A stretch of 64,000 nt of DNA from an uncultured Gemmatimonadales bacterium (GCA_963798085.1 CAWCRS010000003.1:672001-736000), one strand, 5' to 3'. Numbered from the stretch's first letter, positions 13,418-23,540 are shown. The notes: generated from the letters alone by a model not told the origin. Program-made: numbers and translations.

Positions 13418-13456
13418 CGCTCCCTCCGCGGTGACACTGCAAATTTAGGGTGTTGC

Positions 13457-13511
13457 AGCCAACTTGCGCCAGTCTGCCTTACGTGGGGTGGCAAACAACT
13501 TGTTGTTCGGT
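13457..13511 (-). mobile_element. short attC-like site
   Basis: ACCGAAC-AACAA-GTTGTTTGCC...GGCAGACTGGC-GCAA-GTTGGCT just upstream of TA operon; imperfect pairing. Confidence 0.35.
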
Positions 13512-13799
13512 CAGGATGAGTCAGCCAAAGCGGGCTTTCCGGCATTGCGGTAGACGGCAACCCTGCCGCGCGCATCGTGGTAGGCCGCTTCACGGGCGAC
13601 ACGCGATTCGTGCCTGATCCACCCACCGTCGAACAGGCGCAGGGCTGGGCAGGTGAATTCCAGGACAAAGTGCGTAGCGGAATAGATGGGTCGCGTCCAC
13701 CGCGGGAGCCAATTCCGCGTCACGCTCGTCCTGCCTGGCGCTGTTTCTCTCGCCACTTCGTGTGGCTCACACACGGACCCGATCGATCACTTGGTTCAT

Positions 13800-14010
13800 C
13801 GAGTGAAACGCACACCTCGGGGTTACCGGATTACGGCGAGGACTCCACGTGGCTCGATCCGCGGCGGGACTACTCGGAGGACGAGCTCATGCGGATCATC
13901 GCGAACCATCCTTTGCTGCGCGCCCCCGGCGGAATGGATCTACAGCAATGCCGGCTACACGCTGCTCGGCATGATCATCCGAAGCGTCACGGACGCGCAC
14001 TGGGGAGCGC
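13800..14010 (+). pseudogene. serine hydrolase (beta-lactamase-like) fragment
   Basis: THTSGLPDY..RDYSEDEL..APG then YSNAGYTLLGMII in another frame; no SxxK N-terminus or C-terminus. Confidence 0.65.
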
Positions 14011-14199
14011 GTTGCTCCACACGGTTGCAAGGGGGTTGGCGAGCCGCCAGGAGATCCATACGATCCTCGGAGGGCGGCTTCCCGGCCGCCCGAGGCTCGG
14101 CGCGGCGAGGGCTGGCGAACGGCTGTGCCCGTCCTTCGGATGGCCGGGTCGTCGAACAAGCGAGGTGTTCCATCCACGACCCCACGGATCCCGGGATCC

Positions 14200-14996
14200 C
14201 GTGCCGCTCCGGCGGCATCGACGAATACTACCGCGTCCTCGCGCCATGGCTGGATCGGTCGCTGCAGGGGCGAGGAGATAGTGGATGGTGGCAGGAGCAG
14301 GTGCGGGATGAGCCGGGCCCGGTGCTCGAGCTCGGGTGTGGCACCGGCCGCATCACCGCGGTCCTCGCCGGAAGCGGGCGCCGGGTCATCGGGCTGGACC
14401 GATCGGGAGCGATGCTGGCAAGGGCGAGCGAGCGGTCGGCCGGGCGCGACGAGGTCCCGCCGAGCGGCATCGAGCGTCGTCGCGGTTTTCAGCTGATCCG
14501 CGGCGACATGAGGAGCCTGCCGGTGCGGAGTGCCTCGATCGGGTGTGTAGTGGCGCCGAACGATCCGCTCATCCATCTGACCGACAATGGCGATCGCCAG
14601 CGCGCGATCGACGAGGCCGGGCGCGTGCTCGCGCGCGGCGGACGGCTCCTCCTGGAGCTCCTCTGGTGGACGCCGTCGAAGGAGGCGCGTGCGCGGTCGT
14701 CGGATGGGTTGCGGCGGTCCGAGGTCGTTCTGGACGCGCGCGGCGCGACGATGACGGTCGATGAGCACTGGTCGGAGACCGGCCGCGGATTCGTGCATGC
14801 TGCCTACCGGTATCGCGTTCCGGGTGGGGATGGCGTCGAAGCATCGTTCCGGGGTCGGCGCTGGACCGAGGCGGAGCTGGGCGACCGGCTGCGCCGGGCC
14901 GGTCTGCGGCGGGTCCGCGCATGGGGTGGTTTTGACGGCCGGCCGTTCGAGCCGGATACCGGGGAAGCACTTCTGGTCGAGGCCGCGCGGGATTGA
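14200..14996 (+). CDS. class I SAM-dependent methyltransferase (start uncertain)
   Basis: GPVLELGCGTGR motif I, GLDRSGAML, GDMRSLP. Confidence 0.85.
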
Positions 14997-15072
14997 GTCG
15001 CGCCGACCTGCGACGCTGCGCGATCGAGCTTCAGGATGGGAGGCGCCACATGGCCGGACTCGCGAAGGAGCC

Positions 15073-16200
15073 ATGCGTTCCGTGCACGGGCGACACGCCG
15101 CGTGTCGACCGGGAGCCGACCGGGTGCGGATCGCGCTGATCTCGTCCTGGCCGGGCGACCCGGCGGCGGGCGGCGGTACGGCGATGGCCGTGCGGGGGCT
15201 CGCGCGCGGCCTGGCGCAGCTCGGCCACGACGTCGAGCCGTTTCCGGGCGCCGACGAAGGTCGCAAGAGCCTTATCTCCCGCGTCGTCTTCAACTGGCGG
15301 ATCCGCGAGCGCGACTTCCGCGCGTTCGAACTCGTGATCGGCGTGGACCTGGACGGCTTCGCGCTCCGCATCGACCGACCGTACATCGTGATGCTGAAGG
15401 GCGTCGCCGCCGACGAGGCTGCCCACGAGCGAGGACCGGCCGTCCTGGAGCGGCGGCTCGCGGCCGCGTTCGAACTGGCGAACGTCCGACGCGCGGATCG
15501 CGTCGTGGTTCCGAGCCGGTATGCGGCGGGCATCGCCACCGACCGATACCGCATCGCGCCAGAGCGCGTCGCCGTGGTGCCCGAGCCGGTGATGCGGTTG
15601 GCGGCCCCGGCCGCGGCGTCACGCGCGCGGCCCACGATCCTCGCCGTCGGCCACCAGTATCGTCGCAAGCGGACCGCCGACCTGCTGCGTGCGATCCCGC
15701 TCCTGCCGCCGCATCTCGCCGACGCGCGCGTGCGCGTCGTCGGCGACGGTCCCGAGCTGCCGCGTCTTCGCAGGCTCGCGAGCAGGCTCGGCATCGCCGA
15801 TCGCGTCGACTTTCTCGGGCGCATCGATGACCAGGCGCTCGCGCGCGAGTATGCCGGTGCCGACTGCTTCTGCCACCCGAGCGTTCAGGAGGCGTTCGGC
15901 ATCGCCGTCGTCGAGGCCATGGCGGCGGGACTGCCGGTGGTCGCCGGGCGCGCGGCGGCACTCCCCGAGATCGTGCGGGATGGCGTCACCGGCCTGCTCG
16001 TCGCGCCGCGCGATCCTTCAGCGATCGCCGCCGCGCTCGCGCAGCTGCTGGACGACGGCGAGCTGCGCGCATCCCTGGGCGCGGCGGGACGTCTTCGCGC
16101 CGCGCTCTGGAGTCCGGTCGCGCACGCGCGCCAGGTGCTGGATGTGAGCGGCGTGCGGGTGGAACCGTTGCCGGCGGCGGGTGCGCCTCAGCCGGGCTGA
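15073..16200 (+). CDS. glycosyltransferase family 4
   Basis: EAFGIAVVEAMAAGLPVV (EX7E), VGDGPE; AAGGAG RBS. Confidence 0.92.
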   Translation: MRSVHGRHAACRPGADRVRIALISSWPGDPAAGGGTAMAVRGLARGLAQLGHDVEPFPGADEGRKSLISRVVFNWRIRERDFRAFELVIGVDLDGFALRIDRPYIVMLKGVAADEAAHERGPAVLERRLAAAFELANVRRADRVVVPSRYAAGIATDRYRIAPERVAVVPEPVMRLAAPAAASRARPTILAVGHQYRRKRTADLLRAIPLLPPHLADARVRVVGDGPELPRLRRLASRLGIADRVDFLGRIDDQALAREYAGADCFCHPSVQEAFGIAVVEAMAAGLPVVAGRAAALPEIVRDGVTGLLVAPRDPSAIAAALAQLLDDGELRASLGAAGRLRAALWSPVAHARQVLDVSGVRVEPLPAAGAPQPG

Positions 16201-16432
16201 AACGGCGGATGGGCGCTCGAACCGGCGCTCCGCCGCGAGTCGTCACGAGCAGCGTGTCGCCGCGACCGTGTGTCAGGGCGATGCTGCCGATGGATCGAAG
16301 GCTGAGACTACTGTCCACCGATCCAAAGCCGCCAGCCGGCGTCAAGGTGAGGCGATGCAGACCAACCGGGTCGCTTCCACGACAACCCGCCGCAATCATC
16401 GCCAACGCCAGTCCGCAAAAAGTGAGTTTCAT
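16200..16432 (-). pseudogene. truncated lipoprotein cassette gene
   Basis: MKLTFCGLALAMIAAGC lipobox, ATG 22 bp after an attC R'; runs into the 3' end of the convergent GT4 gene after about 78 codons. Confidence 0.5.
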
Positions 16433-16453
16433 TTCGCGCGATTGAGGTCAGTG

Positions 16454-16598
16454 GCAGATCGTTTCTTCTGTTCACGACGCGCCGGAGGCGACAGCAAGGG
16501 CGGCGCAAGCATGTCCGCGCCCTTCGTCGCGTGGCCCGATCAACAGCCTGCCGGGCCGGCGGCCGACAGACCGCCGAGCGTGAAATGGCGTGCTAAAT
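16454..16598 (-). mobile_element. degenerate attC site
   Basis: Shares TTCACGACGCGCCG..GGCGCA.GC.TGTCC with the site at 23705; TTCACG/CGTGAA arms; cores mutated (GCAGATC, GCTAAAT on + strand). Confidence 0.6.
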
Positions 16599-16605
16599 GC
16601 CGTGG

Positions 16606-17005
16606 TGGTTCGGCAGAGGCTGATCCTATTGCACATCGTTCGGGGGTGATGGTTTACAGTCGCCATGGTAACGTGAGCCTTCCCTTTGACGGGAGGCTCC
16701 ATGCTCTGGAGGACGCAGACCATCATGGACGAACGTGCTCGCTTTGCGATCGAGGCCTCGCACTCGACGCACCCGTTTGCGGAGACCTGCCGCGGTTTCG
16801 GGATCAGCCGGCCCACCGGCTACAAGTGGCTCCGAGCGCTATCGTGACGGGCAATTCGCCGGGCTCGCCGAATCGCTCGCACCGGCCCACAATGCCCTCA
16901 CGCGACGCCACAGCCCGTCGTGCAGCGTATGCTTGCGCTGCGCCAAATGGAGTGCGGTACCCGCAAGATCCAGCGCTTGCAGGGTGTTCGACACCGTGGC
17001 CTGCC
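16606..17005 (+). mobile_element. IS481-like element, 5' remnant
   Basis: Near-copy of 19151-19555 including left end and MDERARFAIEA.. N-terminus, decayed and truncated. Confidence 0.85.
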
Positions 17006-17056
17006 ACTGCTCAGGACAACGGCTGGGATCGGCCACTGTCTCGGGTCTACAGTGAT

Positions 17057-18139
17057 TCATGTCTTGGCCTTTTGCTGTCGCCGGACGGGCGGCCTGGAAG
17101 TGACCGCTCGGAATTCGTTGGCGTCGGCAAGTTTCTCGACCAAGTGCCTTATCCAGGCCTCCTTGTACCCGTACGCATCCGCGAAGGCGTCGTACACGCA
17201 GAATTGCTCGATTGTTTTTTCCTTCTGCTTGCTGTTCGTTGGCGGCCTGACGTTGTAATGCCTCCACGCTCGTGTGTGTGTATCCTGCGTGAAGACATAT
17301 GGCAACTCGGCGGCAACGCGCTTCACGACCTCGCTCGGTTTGAGTAGGTCGGCAAATGCGACGGGAACGCGGCGCTCCTTGATGAGCGCGGCCACCTTCG
17401 CGAGCTGGGCCATTTCCTCAGGCTTCGTGGGATCGTACGGGACGAACTCGATCGACAAGTCAGAGGCACTCTCACGATTGGCGAGCTTCGGTACCAAGAA
17501 CACACTCAACGTGTACTTGGGGCTTGCAAGAACCTCTGGCGGCAGGCCGGCTCGGTAGGTCCGGACAAACTCGAGGAGATCGCGGGCGGCGGATTTCTCG
17601 AGGCTTCTTACCGCCGCGGCTTGGGATTCCGGACGTAGGGCTGAGAATTGAAGGGATACTGCTAGGGAAGCCGTGAGCGCGTGGTTCGGGGTAAACTCGT
17701 GGACCAAAAGATCCTCGAAGTTCATCAGCAGGGCTTGGCATTCGCCGTAGAGCGCCGGATCAAGCTCCGGGTGATCGCGGTGCTCAATGCGGTTCCTGAT
17801 CTTGATGAAGAACTCGAAGTTGCTCCGCTCCGGCGGGTTCTTGTCGCCCCAGTACTGCCGGAGACACTCCCCGAGTTCCCAATGCTTTGGTTCGCCGTCG
17901 ACCCGTGTGTAACGGAGACCCTTACCGGAGCCACCTTGCACGTACCAAGGCTTGATCCCGCGTGCGTAGAAGATCGCGTGGAAAAGCGCCGTGGTGGCCA
18001 TCACCATCAGGACTGCATACGTGCGAGTACGAAAGCCGCCGCCTGGCCGGTTGTAGTTCTCAACAGCGCACAGAGCACTCGCGCGCGCCTTCTGGAGATG
18101 TTGACGTGCAAGCCGGGGAATGCGCTTTCTTGACATCAC
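17057..18139 (-). CDS. DUF3644 domain protein with HEPN-type RxxxxH motif
   Basis: KARASALCAVENYNRP..FRTRTY N-terminus; IRNRIEH; CQALLMNFE. Confidence 0.75.
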   Translation of the reverse strand: MMSRKRIPRLARQHLQKARASALCAVENYNRPGGGFRTRTYAVLMVMATTALFHAIFYARGIKPWYVQGGSGKGLRYTRVDGEPKHWELGECLRQYWGDKNPPERSNFEFFIKIRNRIEHRDHPELDPALYGECQALLMNFEDLLVHEFTPNHALTASLAVSLQFSALRPESQAAAVRSLEKSAARDLLEFVRTYRAGLPPEVLASPKYTLSVFLVPKLANRESASDLSIEFVPYDPTKPEEMAQLAKVAALIKERRVPVAFADLLKPSEVVKRVAAELPYVFTQDTHTRAWRHYNVRPPTNSKQKEKTIEQFCVYDAFADAYGYKEAWIRHLVEKLADANEFRAVTSRPPVRRQQKAKT

Positions 18140-18193
18140 GCTTCTATCCTACACCGGATCTGTTTGCTGACTGTAACTGTTGCCCGCTTGCGC

Positions 18194-18300
18194 CTTTTAT
18201 GGATTGTGTGCTGTCAAGCCCTACGGTTCCGAGCGACACAACCCCCCCTCGGACGGGACAGCCCACATGCTGGCTGAGGCCGTGGCCTCGCCGGTCCTTG
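18194..18300 (-). mobile_element. orphan right end of an IS110-family element
   Basis: About 50 bp similar to 26109-26155 (GTGTCGCT..GGGCTTGACAGCA.ACA.TCCATA.AAG on minus strand). Confidence 0.7.
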
Positions 18301-18304
18301 CGGC

Positions 18305-18943
18305 TTACGGCTCAGAATGCCGACCCGTGGCCAAGTCGATTGATTCAACGATCAGAAGAGCGCGATTGACGATTCGGCGATATCCTTCGTCGAGCATTGC
18401 CAGTACGCTCGCGTGGCTCTCTGCGCTGATCGCAGAATCGAAGGTCTTCTCAAACAGCAGCATCAATAGATCGACCTCCGAGTTGTAGAAGTCAAGCTGA
18501 TCCCTAAGCCAATGCAGCATCTGTTGCAGCTCCAAAGAGAGGATGACGAACCCGACTGTTTGGCTTCCCAAGAATGGAGCCGTGTAGCGAACCAAGTGGA
18601 GAGGCCTGCTCGGACGGCCTTGGGCGTGGCTCAGGGCGTTGAGATCTGGCGCTGACATGCCTGCGAGTCGGCGCATCCCGAGAATGCCGTCAACATCGTC
18701 CTCCGGACCCGCCGTCACCCTAGCGATTCCTGCTCGAATTCGCTCAAGCAGTCGATCGTCCAAGAGGGCGCGGCGGTAAGCGACGGTCAGAGCCAGAATG
18801 GCAAAAGTATCGCGAAGCTGTCCAAGCTCTGCGAACAACGCCGTCTTGAGCTTCTTGCGTTGACGGGGACGATCAATGACCTCGGCAAGGGGGCCAGAGA
18901 ACAGGCCCAATGCCCAGCCTAAGATCAAAGTCAGGACGGGCAT
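18305..18943 (-). CDS. hypothetical cassette protein with N-terminal TM helix
   Basis: 212 aa ORF downstream of attC R' at 19013; hydrophobic N-terminus then helical domain. Confidence 0.65.
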   Translation of the reverse strand: MPVLTLILGWALGLFSGPLAEVIDRPRQRKKLKTALFAELGQLRDTFAILALTVAYRRALLDDRLLERIRAGIARVTAGPEDDVDGILGMRRLAGMSAPDLNALSHAQGRPSRPLHLVRYTAPFLGSQTVGFVILSLELQQMLHWLRDQLDFYNSEVDLLMLLFEKTFDSAISAESHASVLAMLDEGYRRIVNRALLIVESIDLATGRHSEP

Positions 18944-19006
18944 TGGGTCAGCATAGTCCCAGGTGTATGTCAGCCATCTTCACGAACAAGTCCCTCGCAC
19001 GATTCC

Positions 19007-19142
19007 AGATAACGTCTCAGAGTTTCATGTCGGGCCGGAGCCGCTTGCGGCACCAGCCCGTTCACGCCATTCAAGAGCTACCCGCCTCGGCCGTTGCGCG
19101 GCGGGGTCGCGCCAGCGATTCCGCATGAACCTGTTGTTAGGC
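19007..19142 (-). mobile_element. attC site
   Basis: Minus: GCCTAAC-AACAG-GTTCATG ... CATGAAAC-TCTGAGAC-GTTATCT. Confidence 0.8.
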
Positions 19143-19150
19143 GCCGTCCG

Positions 19151-20488
19151 GGGTTCGGTCGAGGCTGATCCTTTACACATCGTTCGGGGGCGATGGTTTA
19201 CAGTCGCCTTGGTAACGTGAGCCTTCCTTTTTTGACGGGAGGCTCCATGCCGTGAAGGACGCAAACCATCATGGACGAACGTGCTCGCTTTGCGATCGAG
19301 GCCTCGCATTCCACGCACCCGTTTGCGGAGACCTGCCGCCGGTTCGGGATCAGCCGGCCCAGCGGCTACAAATGGCTCCAACGCTATCGTGACGAGCAAT
19401 TCGCCGGGCTCGCCGATCGCTCGCACCGGCCGACGAGCTGCCCTCACGCCACGCCACAGCCCGTCGTGCAGCGCATCCTTGCGCTGCGGGACCAGATGGA
19501 GTGCGGTGCCCGCAAGATCCAGCGCTTGCTGCGCGACAAGTTCGACACCGTGCCTTGCATCGATACCATTCACGACATCCTCTGCCGGCACCAGCGCGTC
19601 ACGCCGCGCAGGCCTTCCCGCCGACGTACCCATCCCGGGCCACCATTCACGTCCATGGCCCATGCCAACAATGTCTGGACCGCCGACTTCAAGGGTGAAT
19701 TCAAGACGGGCGATGGCCGCTCCTGCTTCCCGCTCACGATCCAGGACGGCTACTCCCGCTTCCTGCTCGAGTGTCGTGCCTTCACCCGCCTCGATCTCAA
19801 AGCACGGCACGGCGATTCGATCACCTCTTCCACACCTGTGGACTGCCGAATCGCATCCGTACCGACAATGGCCATCCCTTCGCATCCCGTGCCCTTGCAC
19901 GCCTCTCCCAGCTCTCCGTTGACTGGATCAAGCTGGGCATTCTCCCCGAGACCATCGAACCCGGCAAACCCTATCAGAACGGCCGGCATGAACGCATGCA
20001 TCGCACGCTTGGCGAGCGCACCGCCACCCCACCCGCTCCAACGCTTCGTGCGCAGCAGCGCCGCTTCAACGAATTCCGCACCTTCCACAATACCGTGCGT
20101 CCACATGAAAGCCTGGGCCAGGAGACCCCCGCTTCCTTCTATACGCCGTCCGCGCGTCGGCTCGCACGCACCCCTTCACCGCTGGTCTATCCCCGGCACT
20201 TCGAACAACGCCTGGTCAGTCAGCTCGGCTCCATCCGCTGGAAGAAGCGCTTCATCCATGTGAGCCGCCTGCTCGCGCACGAATACGTCGCGCTCGAACC
20301 GATCGCCGTCTCCGTCTGGTCCGTCTATTTCGGTCCCATTCACCTGGGTTGGCTTGACGAAACAACGATTTCCGTATCATGGACGCACGACGACTGCAGC
20401 AACGACAACGCTGACCATCAACCCCCGAACGTTCTGTAAACGATCACCCCCACTGCTCAGTTGCAAAGGATCGGCCACGCCTACTGCA
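19151..20488 (+). mobile_element. IS481-family insertion sequence, transposase about 19247-20440 (frameshifted)
   Basis: HTH (CRRFGISRPSGYKWL), WTADFKG, IRTDNG, QNGRHERMH DDE motifs; repeated terminal boxes GGCTGATCCTTTACA / TGCAAAGGATCGGCC, GATGGTTTACA / TGTAAACGATC. Confidence 0.9.
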
Positions 20489-20489
20489 A

Positions 20490-21477
20490 CTACGACTTCC
20501 GGCGGCCGGCAATCACAGCGGTGAGGGCTAGGATGACGACGCCCACGAGAATCGCGAGAAATGCGATTGTGTTGCCAGTCAGTTTGCCTTGAGCGAAAGA
20601 CACGCCGCCATACATTATCGGGCCTGCAGCAATGATGATACCGATCATCATCAGCACTTTGCGCTCAAACAACAGCTCGACCTTCTCAAGAACGCTCTGA
20701 CGGCCTGCCTCGATTTTCTCAGAAAGCACCTTGGTCTCGTGCTCGATCGTCTTCGCAAGGCTCTGTGTGCGTTCTTGGAACTCGTCCTTCATTATTCGCA
20801 CGTCAGATACAACCTCGAATTTACCATGCAAGTTGGTCAGTTCCGTACCAATGTGATCGAACGGGTAGCCCGCCTCGCGTAGTTGCTTCTTTGGATCGAG
20901 CTGCCCGAAGCTCGAGGCAACCAGCTTACGCTTCGGAATGTCCGCAGGTATGCGGCGGCCGGAGCGGACAACGCCCTCCGAATCTTGGTATCGGTGGCTC
21001 GGGTGGGAACCATAAGGGAAATCAGGTCGCTCTTCGCCCTCAAGGACGAGGATGGTCAATTTGAAGATCGGTTCCCCATACTGAATGATGAGATCCTTGA
21101 CAGAACCGTTTCGAAGGCCCCAATTCAGCGAACCCCGGAACCCGGCATCGATCTTCGTCGCAACTTGCGAGATTCCCTCTCGCATTATCGTGGTTGTGGG
21201 CGTAATGAAGCCCATCAACATGCGGTTGGGCAGCACCTTGTGAACTGCTTCGGCCGTGAAGTCAATAGCCTCTAGGCTAGAAATGACCACGCTTTCGCCG
21301 GGCAGACCTTGAGGAACATACCCTCCTCGAGTTCGGCCTCCTCCCCCGTTGAGTGAAAGAGGACCTCTTTCCCGAGTCGAAGTTCGATGCCATTGGGGTT
21401 GAGAAGCTCCTCGCTCGCGTTCTGGAGAACGGAACCAAGAAGTCTCTTTACATTCGGTCAGCGAGCAGCTTGGCCAT
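20490..21477 (-). CDS. Dcd/dUTPase-fold domain + coiled coil + two C-terminal TM helices (two apparent frameshifts in first 60 codons)
   Basis: Reconstructed MAKLLADR.VKRLLGSVLQNASEELLNPNGIELRLG..PGESVVISSLE..KIDAGFRG..YQDSEG; two hydrophobic helices at C-terminus. Confidence 0.75.
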
Positions 21478-21530
21478 AACACGCCTCGTCGGTCCTTAGA
21501 GTCTATAATGTAATGCGCGAAGACCATGGC

Positions 21531-21676
21531 GGCCAACGTCCCGCGGTTTACGACGCCGCGAGAGCCCGGCGACAGCCGGGCGAAGCGCTGTCCGACGCCT
21601 CCCCGTGCTACCCCTTTCCCGTGCCTGCGGCGGCCAGCGGCTGCAGGCCGCGCAGCGTAAACCCAGCGTGTTATGC
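21531..21676 (-). mobile_element. attC site
   Basis: Minus: GCATAAC-ACGCT-GGGTTTACG ... CGTAAACCGC-GGGAC-GTTGGCC. Confidence 0.85.
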
Positions 21677-21752
21677 GCCGTTCGATCCGCCATGTTGCGG
21701 GCGGCCCGGCTCTAGCAGCACAAGTCCACCGGCACAACGGAGCTCTGGGGCC

Positions 21753-22892
21753 TTAGAGTATTTTCGCCCGGTATGGAAACCTCACGCTGAACGTTGTCAT
21801 ATACATTCCGCGGTACCCCGCATCAGGCTCCTCATGTTGTTCCACGGTTATCTCTGTTCCCAGGTGTTCCTTCGCAACCAGTTGGCTCAGATACAGACCA
21901 TATCCTGCGCCTTCCTCGACGGCCTGAAGCGCAGCCTCACCACGGAAGAATGGTCTGAAGACCTTACGGATTTCGTCCTTCAGAATCTTCGGCCCGAGCG
22001 AGGAGACCTCCAGTACGATCCCGTCACGTTCATCTTGGACGAAAATCTCAATTGTAGAGCCAACTGGGGCGTACTTCACGGCATTGTCGATAAGGGTGTG
22101 CGGGATTACGGACGACGCCTGCGGGTTTGCGACGACGTTGGCATAGCTCGATCCAGCTACAGTCACCCTGAGGTTCTTGGCGTCGAACCACGACTGATAG
22201 ATACGGACATACTTGATCACAGCGCCATGCAGGCGGAACGCAACGCACTCCGATGCGATGGTGAGCCATTCCGGGCGTAGCAGAAATTTCGCCACATTGA
22301 GCTTTTCTCCAAGGAACCGAGCTGCTTCATAGATCGCGCGTTCGGCCCGCGATGCACGGCCTAGTTTATCCTCGAACGTCCCGCCAGGGTGCAGTTCCTC
22401 GATGATCACATTGATGTTCTGACTGATCTGCGCATTGATCTGCTTGTAGTCATGTACGAACGCAAGGCCACGTTGTATGTCTTCCTTCAGGGACTTGAGA
22501 TAGTCAACCCGAAATTGGTCCACGTCGAGAATGTCTTCCCGTTCTTCGGTAAACCTAATCTCCCTTTCTTCTTTTCGGCGACTGAGAAGGGCGCGGTAGT
22601 AGTCAAGTGCCGCCTGGAATTCCTTGTTCGGAACAGGGACCACTTGACGCCGGCGACTTTTGCGTGCCGGTGTCGCGTAAAGCCAATCCTCAAGGACCAC
22701 GCCCGCGACCAGCAATTTGCTATCGACTCGTTGGTAGTTGAAGCCGTACTTGCAAAGCTGCGCGCCCTCCTTACTCTCGTGCTCACAAGGCCGATCCATG
22801 CAACGGAGGCATCGCGACGGCCACGGGCGGAGGCTGCCATCGCCGTAATGGCCATTGTAGAGGTGCGGGAATGGGAAGAAAAGGGTATCCAT
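21753..22892 (-). CDS. soluble sensor histidine kinase with Cys-rich N-terminus
   Basis: FVHDYKQIN H-box, LIDNAVKY N-box, GAGYGLY G2 box; CLRC..PC..LC N-terminus; no TM. Confidence 0.85.
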   Translation of the reverse strand: MDTLFFPFPHLYNGHYGDGSLRPWPSRCLRCMDRPCEHESKEGAQLCKYGFNYQRVDSKLLVAGVVLEDWLYATPARKSRRRQVVPVPNKEFQAALDYYRALLSRRKEEREIRFTEEREDILDVDQFRVDYLKSLKEDIQRGLAFVHDYKQINAQISQNINVIIEELHPGGTFEDKLGRASRAERAIYEAARFLGEKLNVAKFLLRPEWLTIASECVAFRLHGAVIKYVRIYQSWFDAKNLRVTVAGSSYANVVANPQASSVIPHTLIDNAVKYAPVGSTIEIFVQDERDGIVLEVSSLGPKILKDEIRKVFRPFFRGEAALQAVEEGAGYGLYLSQLVAKEHLGTEITVEQHEEPDAGYRGMYMTTFSVRFPYRAKIL

Positions 22893-23540
22893 CAGTGCAC
22901 CAATAGCTGCAGGACCGCTATGCCAGCCTGCGCGACTTGCAGTATGAGGCCAACTGTCTGCCGTTCCTCTCGGGCGTCACGAAGATAGCTGGCCAGTGAG
23001 TCTGTGTCGCGAAGTAGAATGGCTCTTTTGGCCACCTCCTGGAGCTGCCTTGGCTCGATGTCGGCGGAATGGGATAGCGAACCGATCCGGTCTAGGTAGA
23101 AGGCAAGCGAAAACCGTCGTTGTAGCAAGTCATCAATGGTTCGTTTGAATTCAACGTAATCCGCGCGCTTATCAAGTGTCGCGTCCGCAAGATCGAAGAA
23201 TTCCTTGTATTTCAGGGGCCAATCAGCGTTTGAATACGCGACGATGACTTGGGCCGGCGCGACCTTCTTCAAATGCCGAAGGACCCCGAGGCCTGCGTCT
23301 TTGGAGATGGCTGTACCCACGCCGTGGATGTCAAGCAGGATAACATTCGAAGTAGCCAGCCTCGAGTTTCGGCAAGTCAGTGACGTCTTGCCATTGTTCG
23401 ATGGTATAGCCATCGCGTTGGAATAGCTGGAGATAGAAGAACTCCGCGTCGTCGAGGACGAGCAAGCGAGCTCGCTTCGCAATTTCCTCGCTCGAAACAT
23501 GAGGCCAAGGCTTGGGACGGCGCTTGAATGGCCAACGCAT
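22892..23540 (-). CDS. receiver-domain response regulator without recognisable DNA-binding output (frameshift near 23346)
   Basis: RLLVLDD..VILLDIHGVG..IVAYS..LDK; TGATG coupling to kinase. Confidence 0.8.

Noticed and set aside
16606..20488. Composite transposon bounded by two IS481 copies
   Set aside because: First copy lacks its right part, no flanking target duplication, and each copy is better explained by its own attC-adjacent position
21478..21737. N-terminal extension of the Dcd-like ORF
   Set aside because: Runs through the attC site; the true start is ATG 21477 in another frame
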